Source: the human T2T-CHM13v2.0 reference genome, Homo sapiens. From it: a stretch of 64,000 nt of DNA. Position numbers and translations under genes: made by a program. Every line of letters begins with the position of its first letter. Position 1 is the first letter of the stretch. The DNA lies in the NCBI RefSeq assembly GCF_009914755.1, contig NC_060948.1. The stretch is one strand, 5' to 3'. Under the pieces are notes generated by a model. It saw nothing but the letters and a program-made list of their open reading frames with translations, ran no database searches and was not told the DNA's origin. Of the stretch, positions 51,620 to 64,000 are shown piece by piece.

Positions 51620-53098
51620 CTTTTCTGTAGACATGAGGACAGATGGTATGAAGCTCCATGTGTGCACACTTTCTATACCTTGCAAGGCAATCCAGACCTT
51701 TGCTGACCATGCAGGTTTGATCTAGCCCTCCTGTTTGCCATTCCAGGGAAGGCTGCAAGGGGAAAGCCCGGGGAATTCAAGATATGAATCACATAGGCAC
51801 CTCCAGCAGAGGAGCAAGCTCCCTCCAGCCCTGCTTCTCTGGGGGAACCCCAACCTCCCTATACAGCTTCAGCCTCTCACTTGTCCCCTCCTAAAAATCA
51901 TGGCCCTAAACATGCCCCAATATCACTCTTGCCCCTCCAACTGATGCCTGGTGAATTTTGCCCCAGGAAGGTCCAGGTACCCTTCTCCCTATAGTACTTG
52001 AAGCAAATCCGGGGAGGTCTTGGCAAGTTTTCAGATAAGCCTGACAGATATACAGAAGCTTTCAAGAACTCACCCAAATATTTGAACTCTCCTAGAGAGA
52101 TGTTATAACCCTAATGGACACTTTAAAGCAGGCCACTCTGCAAGCAGCAGAGGGATTTGGGGATGAGCATTGTATCACATGTAGCATCAAGGAAGGGGTC
52201 AAAGATTATCTAAGTGGAAGAGAAACAGTACCAGTGAATAACCCTAAGTTGGATCACAATGATGTGATGGGAGACGGGAAAAGGAGACACTTTCAGGAAA
52301 ACATAATGGAGTGCTCACGTCTGACCCACACCAAGCATCTTAATTATACTAAGTTGTGTATGACTGACCAGGCATTTGATGACAAGTCCACTGCTTCCCT
52401 GGAAAAGCTAAGAGAAGCCTTGGTAAAAACTCCTCTCTATATTCTGATTCAGTTGAGGGACAGCTAATCCTAAAGGATAAATATATTACACAGGCAGCCC
52501 CTGATGTTAGGATAAAGTTGCAAAAATGGACCCTGGGACCAGATAGTACATTAGAGGACCTCCTGAAAGTGGCCACCTTTGTCTTTTACAATAGAGAAAG
52601 GTAGACACAAGAAAGAGACGGAAACTCTAATGGCCACTGTGCAAACCCCCAAGCCCCAGAATTTCCCGGGTATACCTGTTAACTACTAAATAAATGGCAA
52701 GAACAGCTACCTCTCTTCTAAGGTTTAACCACTCCTATACTAGGTTTAATTTTTTCACCAGGTGAAACAGCTCAGGGTACAATGTTATTATTTGTATATT
52801 TCCCTTCTTATCTTTGCAATCTTTCACACTGAATATTTTTCTTATATAATACACATGTTTAAGACATGAATATTTAACCTTATAAAACTTATTTTTTATC
52901 TCTTACTTAAAGGCCATCAAACTTCAAATGGTCAGGCAACTGTAGCTTCAGACAATGGCCCCCTTTGCCAGGATCCCTTGGAAGGAATCTGATTGCCATT
53001 TTCCCCAAAACAATGCCCATTGTCAATAGGAAGCAGCTAAGACCTGTTATTAACTATATTCTAATGGCAGTTAGATGTACCTCTTTAGAGAGGGAAAA
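51620..53098 (+). mobile_element. ERV1 internal remnant with gag (HUERS-P2-like)
   Basis: Capsid-like PFSL*YLKQIRGGLGKFSDKPDRY, YITQAAPDVRIKLQK; PPT before the LTR. Confidence 0.75.
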
Positions 53099-53885
53099 TG
53101 ATACAGGATTGGGGGAAGGAAGTGCTGGGTAGAAAACAAGAAGTTCCCAGGTGAGGGTCCACCCTTGAGTGTGTACCTATGGACCTAAACGAGAACAGGT
53201 ATTGCTCCAAAAGTTGCCTATTGGCCCACCATGTCTCCCATCCTGTGCCCATAAAAACCTGAGACCATAGCGGGAACAGACACAGACACAAAAGCAGCTG
53301 GACTTTGAGAGGAACAGAAGAAAACACTGGCAGCAACCAGCAGACACAAGAAGACACTGGCAGGCCATCAACAGCAGAAAATGTGAATGCCAATGGGAAT
53401 ATGGCAGGGAACAGTCAGAGGAGAGTTTGGCTGCTGGGTGACTCGACTCCAGGGGAAGACCACCTTCCCATCCCACCTGTCTTTTGGCACCCCACCCATC
53501 TCACTGAGAGCTACCTTGACCACTCAGTAAAATTTTGCATTTATCGTCCAAGTCCTCGATCTAATTTTTTTGGTATGCTGGGGGAAAAACTTGAGGTACA
53601 GAAAGCCCTCTCTCCTTGTGATGGCAGAGAGTCTAATTGAGCTGGTTAAAAAAAACCCACCTGCAGACAGAAAAGCTGGAAGTGCACAGTGTAACATATG
53701 TCCACTGGGGCTCTGAGAGCTGTAAACGTTCAAGCCTAGACATGGGGTCAGAGCCCAAAAATGTTTTCCATGATATGCTTGTCTGCATTCTCCTCCTAGG
53801 AATTGAAACAGTGGGACACTGAGGTAGCAAGCCACCCTCCTGTTACAAATTCTCTGAGGGCTATAAAGACACTTTTCCCATTTCA
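53099..53885 (+). mobile_element. 3' LTR, LTR1-family-like; followed by an Alu right half (53886-54020)
   Basis: TGATAC...gaagtgctggg...cccataaaaac...TTTCA. Confidence 0.75.
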
Positions 53886-54174
53886 CTCAGGAGGCTGAGG
53901 AAGGAGCATCACTTGAAACTAGGAGGCAAATGTTTAAGTGAGCCAAGATCAGGCCACTGCATTCCAGTCTGGGTGACAGAGCAAAACTCTATCTCAAAGT
54001 AAATAAATGTATGAATCAATAAATAGTTACCTAATTTTTATTTGTGAAAAAATTCAAGTTACACCTACACATATGTGTGTGTAAATGTATATGTACACAG
54101 ACATACATAAAAAAGTCCTAGTATACTTTATTTTAAAGAAAATAATATAAAAAGATACTTAATAAAAAGGACCT

Positions 54175-54445
54175 GGGAAAGATGGATTATGCCTTTAATT
54201 CTAGCACTATGGTAGGCCTAAGGCCAGATATTTGAGGCCAGTCCGGGCAACATAATGAGATCTTACCTCTATAAAAGATTAATAAATTAGCTAGACATGA
54301 TGGCATGTGGGTCTGTAGTCCCAGCTGCTCAGGAAACCTAGACAAGGAAATTACTGAGCCAAGGACCTTGAAGCTGCAGAGTGCTATGAATGTACCCATG
54401 CACTCCAACTGGTATGACAGAGTTAGACCTTGTGTTAAAAAAAAA
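54175..54445 (+). mobile_element. Alu (J-like, diverged)
   Basis: Dimeric Alu. Confidence 0.8.
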
Positions 54446-55197
54446 GTGAAGAAGTGAAAGTTTAATATGAGCTAAGCAATTTTCTAAACGCCTCAATGAC
54501 CTAGTGTATTAAAAAAATTAAGAAGTAGGTAGATACATTAAAATATAATATAATTTAATAATTAATTGAGACATACAGAGGTTAATTTATTAATCTCAGT
54601 TTACACTAAAAGTATAACATTATTCAGAAAAACAATATTACAGTTTTTTACATTTAGGAAGTCTTAGTGTTCTGATAAAATTACTGAGTAGAATTTTAGT
54701 AGAATCACATTGAAACCTCCTTAGAAAAAACAAAACAAAACAGAAATATGTGGAAACATAGAACATCTATTCAGTGTGGTCGTGAGGATTTTTACTGTCA
54801 TGTATTTCAGACATGATGCAGAAAATTTTAAATAATTAGTTTAACATAGAGTTTATCAAATTATAAATAGTCTTATGTTTCCAAAAATAATGGAAGAGGA
54901 GTCAGGTCATTAAGTGCCATATAATCTATAAAGAAAACTTTGGTTCTCACTATAAAAGAAAGATTACTTAAGGAGAAGTAGAGTCCTTGGAGAATTTTAG
55001 AATATATTACAGAAGGTGATCATATAAGACAGAAAGAGACAGAGTAACCCTGCCTTCTTAGAAATTATTTTCATTGGAAAATAGCTTTCTCAAACACGTT
55101 GCAAGGCCTGGCTGTTTCCTTGATTTTTGAAGCTGTCACTAATTTCATCTGCTTCATTCACTCCTATTTACCCAGATGCTTGGCAGTTTAAAAAAAA

Positions 55198-55354
55198 TTT
55201 TTTTTTAATTATACTTTGAGTTCTGGGATACACATGCAGAACGTGCAGATTTGTTACATAGGTATACTTGTGCCATGGTTGTTTGCTGCACCTGTCAACC
55301 TGATATCTACATTAGTTATTTCTCCTAATGCTATCCCTCCCCTAGCCCCCCACT
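55198..55354 (-). mobile_element. ~160-bp L1PA 3' tail
   Basis: ttatactttgagttctgggatac...cctaatgctatccctccc. Confidence 0.85.
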
Positions 55355-56254
55355 AGAATTTAAAAAATAATAATTTCAGATAAGTGATCAGGTCTAGCTT
55401 AGAGTAAGCAAGATGTATTTTATTATGAAAATATAATGACTAGAATTCACTAATTACAAACCTAGTACCTCAATCAACAGAGAAGAAAGAATATTATGGA
55501 AGACTCTAACAGATTAATTCTAAAATAATCTTTTAACAGAATCTTTATAATATTTTGGAAGTATTTCAAATGTATGGGTTCTTGGCTTTGCTTCCCAGTA
55601 CTACTGAATCAAACAAAAAATGATGGTTGAAATGGAATTTTAAGGTATGAGTACAGACATTTTATGTTACTAAATTTTAACAAGTACTACAAAAGTAGAA
55701 TGAAGAATATAGATCAGCTCAAGGAAGGGAAAGATTTATGTCAAAAGAAAACAGCTTGAATATTTCACATAAAGATGTCTTCAATAATTTATTGAAGGCA
55801 GTAATCTGAAATCTATGCAAAGTGAATACTCCCAGAAAATATTCACCAAAAATAAATAAATAAGTAAAACCCTTAGTGTTTATCTTAACCCAGGAGTTAT
55901 CTTAACCCAGGAAGATCAAGTTTTTGTAGTTTAAGGTAGATCAGATCTCCGACATAGGCAGAGGTATTAATTCTACTCCAGATGAAAACTAAAAGAATTG
56001 GCTCTGTCTTATATGAGTGACTGGAATCACTCAATAAGATAATTTTTAACACAGAAATATTTTCTAATGTATTCTGTAACACTGAGAAAAGATGGCATGA
56101 AATCTACAGAACTAAAGCAAATAATATGCTTTTATAGATTAGACAGCATAAAATTCAATGCATCAACACAGTAATTTTTTTTACTGATTTATTTATTTGC
56201 ATCATACAGGGTAAGTTGTAAATATTTCTCATAGAGAAGTCATGGCAGGTTAGG

Positions 56255-56410
56255 AGGTACGTCTCAAATTTTAATGTGTAAAACAATAAACTAGAGAGCT
56301 TGTTAAAATGCATGTTTTGACCCAGGAGATTTGAGATAGACCCTGAATTTCTGAATTTCTAATGAGTTATCTAGAGATGTCAGTCCTTCTGCCCCAGGAG
56401 AATATTTTGT
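56255..56410. mobile_element. MER5-like fragment
   Basis: tctcaaattttaatgtg...gagagcttgttaaaatgca. Confidence 0.5.
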
Positions 56411-57124
56411 CAAAGAGTGAAAAATGGCATAATCATGGTTTATGTTAGGTCATTTGACCAGTAAACAAAGACGACAATCTTCATTTTCTAAAGCATGCTA
56501 TAAGCTAAGAGATTCTGAAAAGGATGTTGAGCTTCCAGGTTAAATGTCATAATTTATTTAAGTCAGCTAGTATATATCCTCAAGTACATTATTAATAATA
56601 AAAAAGAAAATTAATGCTATAGAAAAAAATCTACCAGCAATTTATTGAGGTAAATAAAATTAACATACACTATAGTAAAAAATTTGTATCAAGGGTGAAT
56701 TAATGCATACACAGGGCAGAGCATCACTGCCAGAATTCTACTGGTAAAAAAGCAGTACATTATAATCAAAATCTAATTTTTTTACAAAAATAGTTTTACA
56801 AAATGCTGAAGATACAGATGCCTCCCAGATTCTGCTATCCCTAAGAGTGTATTTAAATAGCTTTTCCTTAGCATCCTAGAAATCAATTCACTTCTAATTA
56901 TTATTCTCATTGAGAACTTTCTGAATAATTTTGGGCAGTTAATGCCGTGCTGGTAACATGTGCATTTTTAAAATCGGTTCTGTATACAGTTAATGGAGCA
57001 TCCAGATGGATCCTAAACAGCCCTTGTTTTTCTTCTTCACTAATATCTAAAAACTGTACTCATTCTCAATAGAAATCTTGGGTGTCCACACCTCTCCAAG
57101 TTAATCTGTCACAAAAAGATCACT

Positions 57125-57410
57125 TTTCTGAGACAGTGTCACCCAGGTTACAGTGGAGTGGAACAATGATGATACACTGAAACCCCATCCTACTGGGCTA
57201 AAGCAATTCACCCACCTCAGCCTTCTAAGTTTCTGAAACTGCAAGCATGTGCCGCCACATTAGCTAAACTTTATCTTATTTAATACTATTTTTTAGAGAT
57301 GGGTCTTTCTATGATCCTTATACTGATCTCAAGCTCTTGGAAATCAAGGAGATTTCCATCTTGACTGCAAAAGTGCTGGGATTACAGGTGTGAGCAAGCA
57401 TACCTAGCCA
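57125..57410 (-). mobile_element. Alu (J-like, strongly diverged)
   Basis: aaagtgctgggattacaggtgtgagc. Confidence 0.8.
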
Positions 57411-58009
57411 AAAGTCACCGATTTTAAATATTGCATGTTATACATTTATAATGATATTTAATCATTGAATGTAAGAAGTGTGAACAGAGAGAATGAAAGG
57501 AAGGTTCTGTTATTAAGATAGGAGGAATTTTACAGAGCTCTTTGGCTAACAGAAGAATTTTTAAAAATCATTTGAAACAATCACATTAGGCAGGAACATC
57601 ACCAGTTATGGAGTAAAGGTTTGTGAGTTCTAAAAACATAATGTTTTGGGAGGAAAAGTGGACACACTAAACTGGGGCAAATTCATCTGAAAACATGACA
57701 TTTTATTATTTTTCCTTCTCTGAAATTTCCTCTCAAGTGAGAGCCTCTAAACAAACCACACATTCATTTTGAGAATATATTTTAAAAGTTTCAGCACCAC
57801 CGCTTCACCAGCTACCACCACACCCCCAGGCAGAAGTACCTAGCGATAAATAAAATATTTAATCTTTTCTGTTGTTTATTGCAGAAATGAGTCAGAAACA
57901 ATGAACTCCTACATAAAGATCAAAATGTGCTTCTCCTTTCCTGCCTTCAAGTTCCCTCTCCTGTCAAAGACTCCATCAAGTTTTTCTGCTGCTATGGAAG
58001 TATTCAGCT

Positions 58010-58793
58010 CTTTCATCACAGGCCTGAAGACCTAGAAAGGAAAGATGATTTTGTGAGCAAGGAGCAGGGTCCCACTGCTCTGTGAAGCCTCAGGACATGG
58101 CACCTTGCATTACAGCCACTCCTCCAGCTGTGGCTAAGAAGGGCCAAGTTACACCTTGGCCCATGGCTTCAGAGGGTGCAGGCCTCAAGCCTTGGAAGCA
58201 CACATATGGTGTTGGGTCCGTTGGTGCACAGATTGCAAGAATTGAGGTTAGGGAACCTCCACCTAGATTTCAGAGGATATATGAAGAATGCTGAATGTCC
58301 AGGCGGAAGACTACTGAAGGGTCAGAATTCTCATTGAGAACCTTTACTAGGGCAGTGAAGAGGAGAAATGTGAGCTTAGAGTCCCCCACAGGATCTCCAC
58401 TAGGACACTGTTTAGTGGTGCTGTAAGAAGAAGACCACCATCTTCCAGACCCCAGAATGGTAGATCCAATGTTTGCAGAATGGTAGATATGTTTGCCTAA
58501 ACCATATGCTGGAAAAGCCACAGACACTCAACACCAGCCCTTGAAAACAGTCACAAAATCTTCAGAGCCACATTGATGGAGCTGTCCAAGACCTCAGGAA
58601 CTCACCCCGTTGTGTAAGTATGCCCTGAATGTAAGACAGGAGTCAAAGGAGATTGTTTAGGAAATTATAAATGTAATTGCTGTCCTGCTGGGTTTTGGAC
58701 TTTCATGGAGCCTGCAGCTCCTTTGTTTTGGTCACTTTTTTTCTTTCTGGAATGAGAGCATTTATCCAATACTCATACTCCCATTGTATACTC

Positions 58794-58837
<44 letters not shown>

Positions 58838-59487
58838 ACAGGCTCATAGGTGAAAGGGACTTGCTTTGTCTCAGTGAGCCTTTTGATGTAGACTTTTGAG
58901 GTAATACTGAGGTGACTTAAAACTCTGTGAAATGATTGGGAATGTGTTACTGTGTTTTAAAATGTGAAAAGGACATGTGATTTGGGAGAGGCCAGGTGCA
59001 GAATGGTATGCTTTGGCTGTTTGTCCCCACCCCAATCCAATGAAAAATTGTAATTCCCAGTGTTGGTGTGGGGGTGCTCATGGGAGGTGATTGAACTGTG
59101 GGAGTGGACTTTCCCCTTGCTGTTATTGTGATAGAGTTCTCAGAAGACCATGGGAGGTGACTGAATTGTGGGGGTGGACTTCCCAGTTGCTATAATTATG
59201 ACAGAGTTCCCAGGAGATCTGTTTGTTTGAAAGTGTAACACTTCCTCTGTCACTTGTGCATGCTCTCTCTCTTTCTCATTGTCTCTTTCTTTTGCTCTTT
59301 TTCCTCCTGGCAATGGGAAGATATTTTTGCTTTCCCTTCACCATTGGCCATAATTGTATGTTTCCTGATGCCTTGCCAGACCTACCTTTTATATAGTTTG
59401 TGGAACTATGAGTCAATTAAATTTTCACTTCATCAATTACACAGTCTCAAGTAGTTCTGTATAACAACGGGAGAATGAACTAATACA
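58010..59487 (+). mobile_element. MST-type MaLR: internal part plus 3' LTR (59004-59487)
   Basis: MaLR-int motifs (ggaacctccacctagatttcagaggat), PPT, LTR ending ctaataca; ~70-bp tandem duplication in the LTR; poly-T ~58796-58832. Confidence 0.85.
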
Positions 59488-59605
59488 AAATGTCACACTC
59501 ATCTGCCCCTATCAAAATCAAGTACAGGAAGCCTTGTGTGCCCTCCCTTTGAAAGACAGGCTGAATTCTACTTTCATCACTGTATCTTGGAGTCCTTATT
59601 CATGA

Positions 59606-59950
59606 CTAATATGGTCAGGCTTATCTTAAATTGTAATCCCCAGGTGTTGTGAAAGAGACCTGGTGGAAGGTAATTCAATTATGAGAGCAGTTTTTTCCAT
59701 GCTGTTCTTTTGATGGTGAGTTTTCATGAGATCTGATGGTTTTACAAGGAGCACTTCCCTCTTTTTTACCTTTACTCTCTCTGTCACCTGCCACTATGTA
59801 AGACATACCTGCTTTCCCTTCAGCTATGGTTGTAAATTTCCTTAAGATCCCCTGTCCATGAGAAAATTTGAGTAAATTAAACCTTTTTTTCTTGATAAAT
59901 TACCCAGGCTCAGGCAATTCTTTACAGTAGTGTGGGAACAGACTAATACA
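59606..59950 (+). mobile_element. THE1/MST solo LTR
   Basis: catgagatctgatggtttta...aattaaacc...gactaataca. Confidence 0.8.
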
Positions 59951-59985
59951 GCAACCCAGATCTCACATTAGAATTACAAAGGGCA

Positions 59986-60285
59986 GGCCAGGTGTGCTGG
60001 CCCATGCCTGTAATTTTAGCACTTTGGGAGGCCTAGGAAGGTATATTGCCTGAGTTCAGGAGTTCATGATCAGCCTGGGCAACATTATGAAACCCCATCT
60101 CTATGAAAATACAAAAAATTAGCCAGGCTTGGTGACATGCACCTATAATCCCAGCTACTCAGGAGGCTGAGAGAGGAGAAATGCTTGAACCCAGGATGTA
60201 GAGGATGCAGTAAACTGAGATTTCACCACTGCACTCCAGCCTGGGTGACAGACTGAGATTGTGTCTCCAAAACAACAACATTAAA
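59986..60285 (+). mobile_element. Alu
   Basis: Dimeric Alu. Confidence 0.9.
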
Positions 60286-60617
60286 AGAATCACAGGAGAC
60301 ATTTAATTAAGCAGCATGGATGCTCCCATCCAGGGTAGAGTACATAGTTGATGGTATTTATTTAAACTGACCGTGTGTTTCTTACAGAGAGACTGGGCTG
60401 AAAACCACTTAGCTAAGCACTGTCTCTGAAGCTCTAATGTACATTTGAATTATATGATGTAGGCCCCATTCTAAATACTGTGATCCTACAAGTTTGAAGT
60501 GAGTTTATGAGTTAGTTTATGCTGCTCTCCTCACCCCATTATCAGCAGCACTCAGGCAGTGAAAAGAGATACAGTACGCAGTCCATTAACCTAACACTCT
60601 TATCACAACTCAGATAC

Positions 60618-60677
60618 TTATGATCAAAACTGAAGACCACCAATCACGAGCCAGAAACATGACATTCTCTGGTAGCC
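60618..60677 (-). pseudogene. Candidate exon (phase 1 to 1)
   Basis: ctaac branch-like, ctttatag|...taa|gtatct; GLPENVMFLARDWWSSVLII. Confidence 0.3.
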
Positions 60678-61195
60678 CTATAAAGTTTACAGAGGTTAGA
60701 GAAGACAGCAATGTGTGAATAAGTCTGCTTTTGAAAAAGGATATATGCACAGACATTAATGCAATTTTTACTGAGAATGTGCTATGTGCTCAGGAGTATG
60801 TTGCAAAGCACTGTGCTTGGAACTGTACATTATATGGACTAATTTTCATAACACCCTGGGAGGTTGTTATTCAGTGTAACATATTTCCCACAAATAAAAT
60901 AGAAAGCCTCTTCTTTCTGTTTCTTTTTCTATGTCGCTAACTTTATTTTCAAGAAGATAACACATAGAATAAAATATAATACAGACAGGTGTGAGGAATA
61001 AAGAAATAATTAAGTGTAGTTCAAAGGAAATTATTATTGTTTTAATTATATTTACATTTTTCTGACTTGTGTGGCAACTAGCAAATCCCTGGGAGTGGAG
61101 AGTAGGTTGCTGGGTGCCATGTCTCTAGAAAGACTTGTATTAATAAAGACAAATCAAGAACAAAATACAGTCTTGCTTCCATTTATTTACATTAC

Positions 61196-61272
61196 CTTCA
61201 AAAATTAGGAGTAGCAGCTCTGGAGTTGCAGCAGGAGCATCCACCTCACTCTCTAATCTCCTTTAATCAATT
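61196..61272 (-). pseudogene. Candidate exon (phase 2 to 1), one stop
   Basis: ttttccactcatag|...gaag|gtaatg; ID*RRLESEVDAPAATPELLLLIFE. Confidence 0.35.
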
Positions 61273-61419
61273 CTATGAGTGGAAAATTTCAAGGTGGTAC
61301 AATACCTTGATAAGGCCTCAGAATAGGCTAGATCTAAGCAAGGAGAGGGCAGGGAGGGAGCCCTAAAGTTATTATGTCTGTGTTGCAGGGTAATTACAGG
61401 TCTTTGTTTTCTAAGCCCG

Positions 61420-61540
61420 ACCATCAGATCTCATAAAAACTCACTCACTATCACAAGAAAAACATGGAAAAGACTGCCCACATAATCCAATTACCTTCCA
61501 CCAGATTTCTCTCACAACACCTAGGGATTACAGTTTAAGT
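61420..61540 (-). mobile_element. THE1/MST LTR fragment
   Basis: accatcagatctcat...actcactcactatcacaagaa. Confidence 0.7.
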
Positions 61541-62322
61541 TTGTATAATTGTAATTCATTTTCGTCATTTTCCTGTCCATTTGATAATATACAGCAACAG
61601 GCAATTTAACCAAATTATGGTTTTTTAGAACATTTCCATTAGAAGCTAAAAATGTATTCTTAGTAAGGTAAAGACAGTATAAATAATACTAACAATAACA
61701 ACTTTTCTGCTTCTGATGGTGGCAATGAGAACTCCCAATAATATAAAGAAATTGGCTCAAATAAAGCCTAAGTTTTCTCTAGATTTTTCTTCTCATTCCT
61801 GACAACATCATGCCAAATTTAACAATTTATCCACTTGTTCTAGACTGAAAGTTTCTGAATTATAGGAAGCATGACTTCCTTGTATGTTTTCTAATGCTCA
61901 TATTAAATGGAAGCAATTGATTTATTAATTTACATCTTTATACCTACTTCTTCATTTTCAAGAAGGTCCCAGAAATTCCAACTGGGTATCAACCAATGAG
62001 ATTCCGTCCAAGAAGGGAAAAACAAACCCTGCATGACTCATTCCTCTTTGTTTAAAATGGAAGCAGAATTAGACCATGTTGTTAGTCTGACAACAATCTG
62101 CAATGGATGTCCCAAATAGCTCAAAGACTCCCTTGTACTAGTGCAAAAGTCTCCAGTGAGCCTGGGCTGAAGCCTCCATGGTGATCTAGGAAGAATAGAT
62201 TCAAGTTAACTCTGCAGGGTTAAAGTAAATAATAAATCTAACTTTGTGGAACTGTAGATTCTGGATTCAGGTGCGGTATTGTTGGTCACTGATCAGCTAA
62301 CTCTAGTTTAAAAGGAAGAACA

Positions 62323-62715
62323 AGGCCAGGCTTGGTTGCTCACATCTGTAATCCCAGCACTTTGGGAGTCTGAGGTGGGTGAATCACGAAGTCAGGAGTT
62401 CGAGACCAGCCTGGCCAACATGGTGAAAAACCTTCTCTTCTAAAAATGCAAAAAAAAAAAAAAATAAAAAAATAACTGTGTGTCATGTTGGGTGCCTATA
62501 ATCCCAGCTACCTGGGAGGCTGAAGCAGAATTGCTTGAACCCAGGAGGTGAAATTTTTGGTAAGCTGATATTGTGCCATTGCATTCCAGCCTGGGTAACA
62601 GGAGTGAATCTCCATCTGAAAGGAAGGAAGGAAGGGAGGAAGGAAGAAGTGAAGGAAGGAAGGAAGGAAAGAAGGAAGGAAGGAAGGAAGGAAGGAAGGA
62701 AGGGAAAGAAGGAAA
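62323..62715 (+). mobile_element. AluS with (GGAA)n tail (62618-62715)
   Basis: Dimeric Alu then GGAA repeat. Confidence 0.9.
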
Positions 62716-63196
62716 AATATCCCAGCAGCACAGTTTTCAGCTGTTTTTAGCTGTGGTCATGGGGTAGTTTTTGGCTGGGTTTAGCTGTGGTCATGGCTCA
62801 GGATATTGTGTGACCATGACTTCTCATAGCTAAGGTGATTGTTTTCACTTACAAATTCCACCCCCAGATTCTGTACACACTAGGAACCTCTCATAGAACT
62901 ATCTCTAACAGATCACTGAACAAGATCATGGGAGCTTAAAAGAACTTACTCTGATAAAAGATCATTAAGATTTCTGTGTTCACTCAGTCTTTTTCTTTTT
63001 AAGCCCCAGTAGGTTTTCTGTATATTCTCAATCTAAAGTCTTGACTTTTCTTGTGATTTTCATGTGAAGGCCAGAAATTGTGTACAAAATTTAGGTGGAA
63101 TCTACCTGGATCTGCATTCTTTAGGTTATAGCAAGTGGAGTAAAACCAGAGGAAAGAGACCCTAATGGAGGTTACTCTAAAACATTCGAAGGAATA

Positions 63197-63565
63197 CGTC
63201 AACCTGTAAAAAATGAGATGAGATGAAAGTAATATGAGTAGAAAGTTTATGTGGGCCAAGCTTAAGAATTATAACATGAGAGCATAGATTTAAATTGTCC
63301 TAAATATACCCTTTAGTGATAGTTACAAGTGGATTCTTAAAGGCAAATATGAAGGACAAGTTATGGGTTCACAAAACATTGTTGGTCAAAATTTTTATTG
63401 GCCTACAGAAATAACATTTATTAGTAATTGGCTATATATGGTGTAGGCTATGACATCCCCTATGGTATTATGGCATCAGGTAGTTTAAAATGTAGCTCCT
63501 CCTGGCAGAAGCTAGCTGTTTCAACAAATGAATACATAGTTCAAAAAAGGAATTAAGACATGATT
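63197..63565 (-). mobile_element. ERV1 (MER4-group) LTR, family uncertain
   Basis: gtcaacct...agaaagtttatgtgggccaagctt...gagcatagatt. Confidence 0.45.
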
Positions 63566-63569
63566 ACAA

Positions 63570-64000
63570 GAAGGCTGGCAAGATAGCCAAATAGAAACAG
63601 ATCCGGTCTGCAGCTCCTGGCAAAACAAGCACAGACGGTGGGTGACTTCTGCATTTCCAACTGAGGTATGCAGTTCATCTCACTAGAACTTGTTAGACAG
63701 TGAGTGCAGCCCACAGAGGGTGAGCAGAAGCAGGGTGGGGAGTCCCCTAACAGGGGAAATGCAAGGGGCCAGCCCAGATACTACACTTTTCCCATAGTCT
63801 TCACAACCCACAGACCAGGAGATTCCCTTGCATGCCTATACCACCAGGGCCCTGGGATTCAGACACAAAACTGGGCAGCTGTTTAGGCAGACATTGAGCT
63901 AGCTGCAGTTTTTTTTTTTCCCCATACTCTACTGGCACCTGGAATGCCAGTGAGACAGAACCATTCACTTCTTTGGAAAGGGGGCCGAAGCCTGGGAGCC
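63570..64000 (+). mobile_element. L1PA7/8-like 5' UTR running off the window
   Basis: ggctggcaagatagccaaatagaaacag...ttctgcatttccaactgagg. Confidence 0.85.

Overview
Primate (human-like) genomic DNA, mostly transposable elements, with no intact protein-coding gene, RNA gene or CRISPR array that I can support. It holds about 40 Alus, two near/full-length minus-strand L1PA elements, several truncated L1s, a deleted HERV9/LTR12 provirus, HERV-I-like and HUERS-P2/LTR1-like remnants, MER4/MER41/THE1/MST/MLT LTRs, small DNA transposons and two large (GGAT)n blocks. The main result is a chain of about 15 minus-strand exon-like islands between the repeats (48.7 kb down to 10.2 kb, possibly more at 60-63 kb). 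They have splice signals, mostly open frames and largely matching intron phases. This suggests a decayed multi-exon gene that I cannot name; one exon is split by an L1. Other notable structures are a five-piece templated mosaic at the L1/HERV9 deletion junction, a local inverted duplication, loss of all LTR12 CCAAT boxes and a MER41B with tandem GAS motifs. Strong CpG loss hints at a Y-linked origin (inference only). Repeat subfamily calls come from recalled consensus sequences, and most repeat boundaries are approximate.
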